A stretch of 64,000 nucleotides of DNA from Bacillales bacterium (GTDB lineage Bacteria; Bacillota; Bacilli; CAJFEE01), in NCBI GenBank assembly GCA_029256085.1, contig JAQSYP010000001.1, forward strand, positions 580,497 through 644,496, given 5' to 3'. Made by a program: the position numbers and the translations under genes. The notes under the pieces are model-generated. The model made no database searches, was not told the origin of the DNA, and worked only from the letters and a program-made list of their open reading frames with translations. Of this stretch, positions 57,545 to 64,000 are shown piece after piece (positions within the stretch are counted from its first letter, which is position 1; every line of letters begins with the position of its first letter).

Positions 57545-58885
57545 ATGGCATTTGAAGGATTAGCCGACCGACTTCAACAGACCTTACAAAAGTTTAAAGG
57601 AAAAGGGAAAATTTCTGAAACTGATGTAAAGGAAATGATGCGAGAAGTCCGTTTAGCTCTTCTAGAAGCTGACGTTAACTTTAAAGTAGTTAAGGAATTT
57701 GTTGCTAAAGTTAGTGAGAGAGCGGTTGGGCAAGAAGTACTTAAAAGCTTAACTCCAGCTCAACAGGTCATTAAGATTGTTAAAGAAGAACTAACTGATT
57801 TAATGGGTGGAGAACAAAGTAAGATTAGTATAGCAAAGAAATCTCCAACTGTTGTTATGATGGTAGGTCTTCAAGGGGCAGGAAAAACAACTACAACTGG
57901 TAAGCTTGCAAATCTTTTACGAAAAACTGATAATGCAAAGCCATTATTAGTTGCAGCTGATATTTATCGTCCAGCAGCAATTAACCAACTAGAAACTTTA
58001 GGGAAGCAACTTGGTATACCCGTATTTTCTCTTGGAGATAAGGTTAGTCCAGTTGAAATAGTTGAGAAAGCTTTAGTTCATGCACGAGAAAATTTCTTAG
58101 ACTTTATGATTGTTGATACTGCTGGTAGATTACATATTGATGAGCAGTTAATGGGTGAGCTTAAACAAATTAAAGATTTATCAAATCCTAACGAGATTTT
58201 GTTAGTTGTCGATGCAATGACTGGTCAAGATGCTGTAAATGTTGCAAAATCATTCCATGATACTCTTGGCTTATCCGGCGTTGTCCTAACTAAACTAGAT
58301 GGTGATACACGTGGTGGGGCTGCTTTATCGATAAGATCTGTAACTCAGACGCCAATTAAGTATGTTGGTATGGGTGAAAAGATGGATGCACTAGAACCTT
58401 TCCATCCTGATCGAATGGCATCCCGTATATTAGGAATGGGTGACGTATTATCTTTAATCGAGAAAGCTCAAGCTTCTGTTGATGAAGATATGGCTAAAGA
58501 TCTTGAGAAGAAGATGAGAACTAACAACTTTACTCTTGAGGATTTCCTAGATCAATTAGCTCAAGTCCGAAAATTAGGACCTCTAGAAGATATTATTAAA
58601 ATGCTTCCAGGTGCTAACAAGATAAAAGGTTTAAATAACATTTCTATTGATGAAAAGCAGATTAAACATATTGAAGCGATTATCTTGTCAATGACAAAGG
58701 CTGAGAAACAAGACCCAAACATCTTAAATGCTAATAGAAAAAAGCGAATAGCAAGAGGTAGTGGAAGATCGGTGCCTGAAATAAATCGTCTTTTAAAACA
58801 GTTTGAAGAGTCAAAAAAGATGATGAAGATGATGACAGGAATGTCAAAGGGAAAAAAGAAGGGAATGCGCTTTCCTTTTATGTAA
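57545..58885 (+). CDS. ffh: Signal recognition particle protein Ffh
   Basis: NG domain plus Met-rich M domain. Confidence 0.97.
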   Translation: MAFEGLADRLQQTLQKFKGKGKISETDVKEMMREVRLALLEADVNFKVVKEFVAKVSERAVGQEVLKSLTPAQQVIKIVKEELTDLMGGEQSKISIAKKSPTVVMMVGLQGAGKTTTTGKLANLLRKTDNAKPLLVAADIYRPAAINQLETLGKQLGIPVFSLGDKVSPVEIVEKALVHARENFLDFMIVDTAGRLHIDEQLMGELKQIKDLSNPNEILLVVDAMTGQDAVNVAKSFHDTLGLSGVVLTKLDGDTRGGAALSIRSVTQTPIKYVGMGEKMDALEPFHPDRMASRILGMGDVLSLIEKAQASVDEDMAKDLEKKMRTNNFTLEDFLDQLAQVRKLGPLEDIIKMLPGANKIKGLNNISIDEKQIKHIEAIILSMTKAEKQDPNILNANRKKRIARGSGRSVPEINRLLKQFEESKKMMKMMTGMSKGKKKGMRFPFM

Positions 58886-58989
58886 ATATCTGATATAATC
58901 TTCACTGTTAAGAAAAAATACTTTACAAACAAATTATGTATTGGTAATATTTATATTTGTTAATATTAATTATTCGGAGGTCACAAATA

Positions 58990-59262
58990 ATGGCAGTTAA
59001 AATTCGTTTAAAGCGCATGGGCGCAAAGAAATCACCTTTTTACCGTGTAGTAGTAGCAGATTCTCGTTCACCTCGTGATGGACGTTTTGTAGATGAAATT
59101 GGATACTACAACCCAGTAACAGTTCCAGCAGAAGTTAAAATTAATGAAGAGTCAGCTCTTCAATGGTTACAAAACGGTGCAAAGCCGTCTGATACAGTAC
59201 GTAACCTTTTCTCAAAAGCAGGAATTCTAGAGAAGTTCCATAACTTAAAAAATCAAAAATAA
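58990..59262 (+). CDS. rpsP: 30S ribosomal protein S16
   Basis: ATG at 58990 after GGAGGT (track start 58957). [24 protein letters not shown]. Confidence 0.95.
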   Translation: MAVKIRLKRMGAKKSPFYRVVVADSRSPRDGRFVDEIGYYNPVTVPAEVKINEESALQWLQNGAKPSDTVRNLFSKAGILEKFHNLKNQK

Positions 59263-59270
59263 GAGTAGTG

Positions 59271-59504
59271 ATGAAAATGGAACAATTTATTAGAACAGTT
59301 GTTACTCCTCTCGTTGACTTTCCAGATAATATCCGTGTCATCGAAGAAAACAAAGGACATGAAATTGTTTATACATTATCTGTTAACCCTGAAGATATGG
59401 GGAAAATAATAGGTAAACAAGGACGTGTAGCAAAGGCTATTAGAACTGTAGTTCAATCAGCTGCAATGCGTGATAATAAAAGAGTATTTTTAGAAATCCG
59501 TTAA
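59271..59504 (+). CDS. khpA: KH-domain RNA-binding protein KhpA (YlqC)
   Basis: GKIIGKQGRVAKAIR KH motif. Start could be 59268 GTG, 59271 ATG or 59277 ATG. Confidence 0.8.
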   Translation: MKMEQFIRTVVTPLVDFPDNIRVIEENKGHEIVYTLSVNPEDMGKIIGKQGRVAKAIRTVVQSAAMRDNKRVFLEIR

Positions 59505-59505
59505 A

Positions 59506-59532
59506 GGTTGAGGGTCCTACCTCAGCCTTTTT
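59506..59532 (+). terminator. Terminator after khpA
   Basis: GGTTGAGG/CCTCAGCC stem plus T5. Confidence 0.65.
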
Positions 59533-59653
59533 ATTATGTTGTTAGAAAATCCAAAGGCAGAGTGATGGTTCTAAAAAGATTTTAGCCATAAGAATTCCAC
59601 ATATAAAAATTCATTTTTATTTTAAAAATCTCCGCTATGGATGATGTTTAATA

Positions 59654-59845
59654 ACTTGCGAAAAATGTATACATTTTTCTTTAGTAATAACTATTTTTTT
59701 CTAATTTCTTATAATTGAAGCGAAGGGCGCTTGACTCCAGCGGGAACAGCAAGCGACCGAAAGCGTAAATCAGCACACAAAAATATATATAGTTGTAAGA
59801 AGGGATTCACGAAATGCATGCATTTCGCAAGCGGAAAGTAATCGC
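59654..59845. repeat. Non-coding intergenic element, relatively GC-rich and about 190 bp, bounded by two related palindromes; related to the pyrE 3' element
   Basis: Left palindrome GAAAAATGTATACATTTTTC at 59660-59679 (copy 3). Right palindrome CGAAATGCATGCATTTCG at 59811-59828. Ends are inverted copies of CTTGCGAAA(A)ATG. Internal motif CGGGAACAGCAAGCGACCGAAAGCG resembles CGGTAACAGCACGAGCCGAAAATCC at 23892-23916. GCGGAAAG occurs in both elements. No ORF of 60 aa or more. Confidence 0.6.
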
Positions 59846-59942
59846 ATAAGAGAAAGTCAAGTTTATTCTTAAACTACCCATAGCCTCTTAATAGGCTAAA
59901 AATATATTTTAATTGACATAATAGTACCAAGAGGTGAAACGT

Positions 59943-60458
59943 ATGGAAAAATTATTTAATGTTGGAAAAATAGTAAATACCCAAGGAATAAAAGGGGAAT
60001 TAAAGTTAATTTCTTCTACCGATTTTAAAGAAGAGAGATTTCAACCAGGTAATAAGTTATTAATTGTTAATGGTAATACAAACGAAATTCTTGAAGTAAC
60101 AGTTAAAAGCCATCGAGTACATAAAAATTTTGATATTGTTCAATTTGAAGAGTTTAATAACATTAATCAAGTTGAAAAATTTAAAGGTTGTACAGTTAAA
60201 GTCCACGAAAGTCAGCTTTCAGAACTTGATGAAGATGAGTATTATTTCCATGAAATAATTGGGTGTAAAGTTATTTCAAATCAAGGTGAAGAGCTTGGAA
60301 TTATTAAAGAAATATTAACACCAGGTGCAAACGATGTCTGGGTAGTTAAAAGTAGTAAAGGAAAAGAAATCTTAATACCATACATAGAAGATGTTGTTAA
60401 AGAAATAGATATAAAAAATAAAATTATTAAAATAGATGTTCTTGAAGGATTGATCTAA
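59943..60458 (+). CDS. rimM: 16S rRNA processing protein RimM
   Basis: ATG at 59943 after GAGGTG (track GTG 59934). [19 protein letters not shown]. Confidence 0.92.
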   Translation: MEKLFNVGKIVNTQGIKGELKLISSTDFKEERFQPGNKLLIVNGNTNEILEVTVKSHRVHKNFDIVQFEEFNNINQVEKFKGCTVKVHESQLSELDEDEYYFHEIIGCKVISNQGEELGIIKEILTPGANDVWVVKSSKGKEILIPYIEDVVKEIDIKNKIIKIDVLEGLI

Positions 60459-60459
60459 G

Positions 60460-61197
60460 ATGCAAATTACTGTTTTAACCTTATTTCCTGGGATGTTCGA
60501 AGGAGTTCTAAACGAGTCTATTTTAAAAAAGGCCAGTGAAAAAAATATAGTATCATATAACATAATTAATTTTCGTGATTTTACTGAAAGTAAACATAAT
60601 TCTGTAGATGATTATCCATATGGTGGTGGAGCAGGAATGGTTTTAACTGCTCAGCCAATATTTGATGCAATTGATCATGTTAATACCACTGGAAATTCAA
60701 AAAAACCTAGAATCATATTAATGTGTCCACAAGGAGAAAGATTAACTCAAAAAAAGGCTGAGGAGCTATCACATGAAGAAAGCTTAATATTTATTTGTGG
60801 TCACTATGAAGGTTATGACGAAAGAATTCGTGAGAACCTTGTAACCGATGAAATATCTATCGGTGATTACGTATTAACCGGTGGGGAACTTGGTGCTATG
60901 GTAGTAATAGATAGTGTCGTTAGATTGCTTCCTAATGCGTTAGGCAATAAGGAATCTGCACCTCAAGATTCTTTTTCAACCGGTATGTTAGAATTTCCTC
61001 ACTATACAAGGCCAGCAGACTTTAGAGGGTTGAAGGTTCCTGATGTCCTTCTCTCAGGGAATCATGCAGAAATTGAGAAGTGGCGTAGAAAACAGTCCTT
61101 TTTAAGAACATTAAATAGAAGACCTGATCTTTTAGATTTTAATAATTTTTCAGATGAACAAAAAAAATGGCATGATGAAAATCAAGTAAACAAATAA
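60460..61197 (+). CDS. trmD: tRNA (guanine37-N1)-methyltransferase TrmD
   Basis: SPOUT fold with [12 protein letters not shown] motif. Confidence 0.95.
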   Translation: MQITVLTLFPGMFEGVLNESILKKASEKNIVSYNIINFRDFTESKHNSVDDYPYGGGAGMVLTAQPIFDAIDHVNTTGNSKKPRIILMCPQGERLTQKKAEELSHEESLIFICGHYEGYDERIRENLVTDEISIGDYVLTGGELGAMVVIDSVVRLLPNALGNKESAPQDSFSTGMLEFPHYTRPADFRGLKVPDVLLSGNHAEIEKWRRKQSFLRTLNRRPDLLDFNNFSDEQKKWHDENQVNK

Positions 61198-61217
61198 TAT
61201 AAAATTATATTGTACTA

Positions 61218-61344
61218 TTGAAACAACAGCTTCAATATGATAATATATTAAATGTTGTTTGGTCTAATGACCTTACGTTAATACGGTGTTCCGCTGCAAC
61301 ACGTAATGGGGTTGTAAGAGCATCTGTGGAAGGAGAGAAAAACG
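61218..61344 (+). promoter_or_regulatory. rplS promoter (TTGAAA-17-TAATAT) and structured L19 autoregulatory leader
   Basis: -35 at 61218-61223 and -10 at 61241-61246. The ~95-nt leader before rplS carries paired segments, the position of the Bacillus L19 leader motif. Confidence 0.5.
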
Positions 61345-61689
61345 ATGCAAAAACTAATCGAAGAAATCACAAAAGCTCAACTGAAAACAGATCTTCCTAC
61401 TTTTAAACCAGGTGACACAGTACGTGTACATGTTAAGGTTGTTGAAGGAACTCGTGAACGTATTCAGTTATTTGAAGGTGTTGTGATCAAGCGTCGTGGT
61501 GGCGGAATTAGCGAAACTTTTACAGTTCGTAAGATTTCTTACAACGTTGGTGTTGAACGTACATTCCCTGTACATTCACCAAAGATCGCTAATTTAGAAG
61601 TATTACGTCGTGGTAAAGTACGCCGTGCGAAACTTTATTACTTACGTGAATTACGTGGTAAAGCTGCTCGTATTAAAGAAATTCGATAA
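61345..61689 (+). CDS. rplS: 50S ribosomal protein L19
   Basis: 114 aa, near-identical to Bacillus L19. Confidence 0.97.
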   Translation: MQKLIEEITKAQLKTDLPTFKPGDTVRVHVKVVEGTRERIQLFEGVVIKRRGGGISETFTVRKISYNVGVERTFPVHSPKIANLEVLRRGKVRRAKLYYLRELRGKAARIKEIR

Positions 61690-61699
61690 TAAAAGAAGT

Positions 61700-61727
61700 G
61701 GAGCTTGGGTTTTCAAGCTCCTTTTTC
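61700..61727 (+). terminator. Terminator after rplS
   Basis: GGAGCTTG/CAAGCTCC stem plus T5. Confidence 0.75.
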
Positions 61728-61822
61728 TTTTCCTTTATTTTCACTCTTATTAATAATTAAGTTTTATAAAAAATATATAATAGAGTATAATTATATTAGA
61801 CATTTTAAGGGTGGAGGATAAG

Positions 61823-62389
61823 ATGAGCACAGAGAAAAGTCAAATATTCGAATGGATTAAAGCATTTGTATTTGCAATACTATTAGCTTTTATAATCCGT
61901 ACATATTTGTTTGCACCTATTTTAGTCGATGGAGTATCGATGATGCCTACTTTACATGATAGAAATAGGATGATAGTTAATAAATTGTCGTATAAAATTG
62001 GTGAACCGAAACGATTTGATGTTATCGTTTTTAATGCAACTGTTGATAAAGATTACATAAAGAGAATAATTGGTTTGCCTGGAGACCATGTTGAATACAA
62101 AAATGATAAATTATACATAAACGGGAAGGCATATGATGAGCCATATTTAGATAAGCTCAAAAAAGATATTATCGATCCACCTCTGACACAAGACTTTAAA
62201 CTAGAGGACATAATTGGTAAGAAGACGATACCAAAGGGATACTTATTTGTTATGGGAGATAATAGGAGATATAGTAAAGATAGTAGAAGTATAGGTGTTA
62301 TCTCAATGGAAAGTGTTGTCGGTAAAGCTAATATAGTTTACTGGCCTTTGAATGAGGTAAGAATTGAAAAGTATAGACAAAATAATTGA
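61823..62389 (+). CDS. lepB: Type I signal peptidase
   Basis: ATG at 61823 (track GTG 61811). SM(xP)TL Ser motif DGVSMMPTL, KRIIGLPGD and GDNR boxes. Confidence 0.9.
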   Translation: MSTEKSQIFEWIKAFVFAILLAFIIRTYLFAPILVDGVSMMPTLHDRNRMIVNKLSYKIGEPKRFDVIVFNATVDKDYIKRIIGLPGDHVEYKNDKLYINGKAYDEPYLDKLKKDIIDPPLTQDFKLEDIIGKKTIPKGYLFVMGDNRRYSKDSRSIGVISMESVVGKANIVYWPLNEVRIEKYRQNN

Positions 62390-62399
62390 GGTGCAATAA

Positions 62400-63254
62400 A
62401 TGACAATTCAATGGTTTCCTGGCCATATGGCGAAAGCAAGGAGACAAATTACAGAGAAATTAAAACTAATAGATGTTGTGTTTGAGCTAGTAGATGCTAG
62501 GCTACCACTTTCTTCAAGAAACCCAATGCTTGATGAAATAGTAAAACAAAAGCCCAGAGTTCTATTATTAAATAAAGTTGACTTAGCAGACCCGCAGATT
62601 ACAAATGAGTGGGAGAAGTACTTTCAGGAAAAGGGGATTACAACTGTAAAAGTAAACTCTCAGGCTGGAGTCGGTTTGCACCAATTAGTCAAAGCAGCAA
62701 AATTAGTTACTGAAGAAAAGTTCAATAAACAAAGAGAAAAAGGAATTAATCCAAGAGCAATTCGTGCATTAATTTTAGGTATACCAAACGTCGGAAAGTC
62801 GACTTTAATAAATAGGCTTGCAAAAAAAAATCTCGCGAAAACTGGAGATAAACCTGGTGTAACAAAAGCTCAACAGTGGGTTAAAGTTGGAAAAGAGTTA
62901 GAGCTTTTGGACACTCCTGGTATTTTATGGCCAAAATTTGAAGATCAAGAAGTTGGTTATCGACTTGCAGTGTCAGGAGCAATAAAGGATGCTATATTGA
63001 CACTACAAGATATTGGCTTCTGGGCTGTTAAATTTCTAATGGCAAACTATCCTAATAAGCTAATTGAGAGATATAACTTGGAGTCACTTGATAAAGAGCC
63101 TCTTGAGTTATTTTCTGAAATTGGTACAAAAAGGGGTTTTAAAGGTAAGGATGGTTGGATAAATTACGACCTTACAGCTGAGATGCTTCTAAGAGAGCTT
63201 AGAACATTAAAACTTGGTCCATTTTCTCTAGAGAGACCATCTGATTTTCAATAG
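62400..63254 (+). CDS. rbgA: Ribosome biogenesis GTPase A (YlqF)
   Basis: Circularly permuted GTPase; [24 protein letters not shown]. Confidence 0.95.
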   Translation: MTIQWFPGHMAKARRQITEKLKLIDVVFELVDARLPLSSRNPMLDEIVKQKPRVLLLNKVDLADPQITNEWEKYFQEKGITTVKVNSQAGVGLHQLVKAAKLVTEEKFNKQREKGINPRAIRALILGIPNVGKSTLINRLAKKNLAKTGDKPGVTKAQQWVKVGKELELLDTPGILWPKFEDQEVGYRLAVSGAIKDAILTLQDIGFWAVKFLMANYPNKLIERYNLESLDKEPLELFSEIGTKRGFKGKDGWINYDLTAEMLLRELRTLKLGPFSLERPSDFQ

Positions 63255-63264
63255 AAATGTTTTG

Positions 63265-63296
63265 AAAGGTATCAAATGATACCTTTATTTTTTTTT
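63265..63296 (+). terminator. Terminator after rbgA
   Basis: AAAGGTATCA/TGATACCTTT stem plus T10. Confidence 0.75.
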
Positions 63297-63330
63297 GTAA
63301 ATGACGATATATATATAAGGTGATGAAATA

Positions 63331-64000
63331 GTGAAAAGTCTAACTATCCAAGAAGTTAAGGGAATTTTAAATAATAATCCTGATTCTTTAACACTTAGTA
63401 AACTTGAAAATGATCAAAGATGTGGTGTGCAGAAATTAATAAATGCATATAAACGCAAATTGCAAATAGAAAAAGCAGTATTTAATAAGTATATTGAAAT
63501 GAAGGAATTTGATTATGAAACTGTAAATAACAAAAACTTATTATATATTGCAGGAATTGATGAGGTTGGTAGAGGTCCACTAGCAGGTCCAGTAGTTTCT
63601 GCAGCAGTCATACTAAAGAAAGACTCTATACTATTAGGTGTAGACGATTCAAAGAAACTTACAGATGAAAAAAGAGACATGCTTTATAATGTGATCTTAG
63701 AAAATAGTGAGGCAATAGGAATTGGGATTATTGGGCCAGAACATATTGATGAGGTAAACATCTATGAGGCAACTAAATTGGCAATGGTACAAGCTGTTAA
63801 TAATTTAAGCATACAACCAGAACACTTATTAATTGATGCAATGAAAATAGATATTGGAATCCCATACACTTCTATTATAAAAGGTGATTCTAAGAGTCTA
63901 AGTATTGCAGCTGCTTCAATAATAGCTAAAGTAACTAGAGATAGAATAATGAAAGATTTATCATTGAAATACCCTGAGTATCTCTTTGAAAAAAATATGG
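63331..64000 (+). CDS. rnhB: Ribonuclease HII (3' end runs off the window)
   Basis: GTG start after AAGGTG. Product VKSLTIQEVKG...IAGIDEVGRGPLAGPVV... No stop before the window end. Confidence 0.9.
   Translation, partial: MKSLTIQEVKGILNNNPDSLTLSKLENDQRCGVQKLINAYKRKLQIEKAVFNKYIEMKEFDYETVNNKNLLYIAGIDEVGRGPLAGPVVSAAVILKKDSILLGVDDSKKLTDEKRDMLYNVILENSEAIGIGIIGPEHIDEVNIYEATKLAMVQAVNNLSIQPEHLLIDAMKIDIGIPYTSIIKGDSKSLSIAAASIIAKVTRDRIMKDLSLKYPEYLFEKNM

Noticed and set aside
59533-59942. Small ORFs in the khpA-rimM spacer (17-aa MYTFFFSNNYFFLISYN, 11-aa MHAFRKRKVIA)
   Set aside because: They have no RBS, are low-complexity, and overlap the palindromes. Non-coding RNA or DNA function is more plausible.
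61218-61406. 62-aa track ORF between trmD and rplS
   Set aside because: It overlaps the rplS promoter, leader and the true rplS start in another frame, and has no RBS. It is an artefact of the GC-richer leader.

Overview
This window is a 64 kb, all-core chromosomal segment of an AT-rich Bacillus-type Firmicute. Gene order follows B. subtilis closely: ftsZ (3' end), spoIIGA-sigE-sigG, ylmC-D-E-sepF-ylmG-ylmH-divIVA, T-box::ileS, lspA-rluD, the complete pyrRPBC(AA)(AB)KDFE operon, convergent rqcH/yloA, yloB-yloC-gmk-rpoZ-coaBC-priA-def-fmt-rsmB-rlmN-prpC-prkC-rsgA-rpe-thiN, spoVM, rpmB (minus strand), yloU-yloV-recG, fapR-plsX-fabD-fabG-acpP-rnc-smc-ftsY-ylxM-ffh-rpsP-khpA-rimM-trmD-rplS-lepB-rbgA-rnhB. 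Relative to B. subtilis 168 the loci bpr, ylmA/B, cysH-ylnF, remA, sdaAB/AA and ylqD are not present. I see no rRNA, tRNA, CRISPR, transposase or integrase; nearly every ORF is a recognisable housekeeping gene, so I do not see a novel protein-coding system. What the ORF track does not explain is non-coding. (1) A 7.5-copy, helically phased 21-bp GGATYAAAAAA direct-repeat array lies upstream of a 22-bp-spacer spoIIG-type promoter. (2) A dispersed family of 20-bp perfect palindromes with a GTATAC core is present in three copies. Two of them sit inside larger, GC-richer, mutually similar intergenic elements, one of which occupies the position where ylqD sits in B. subtilis. (3) A recurring CTTGGC-AAAR-GCCAAG hairpin occurs in four copies. 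(4) The 26-codon spoVM gene is unannotated by the track. (5) A FapR-operator-like inverted repeat, the PyrR attenuators and the T-box and L19 leaders are recognisable. Several track ORFs begin at upstream TTG/GTG codons; I have re-called the likely true starts from ribosome-binding-site (RBS) spacing and homolog N-termini.
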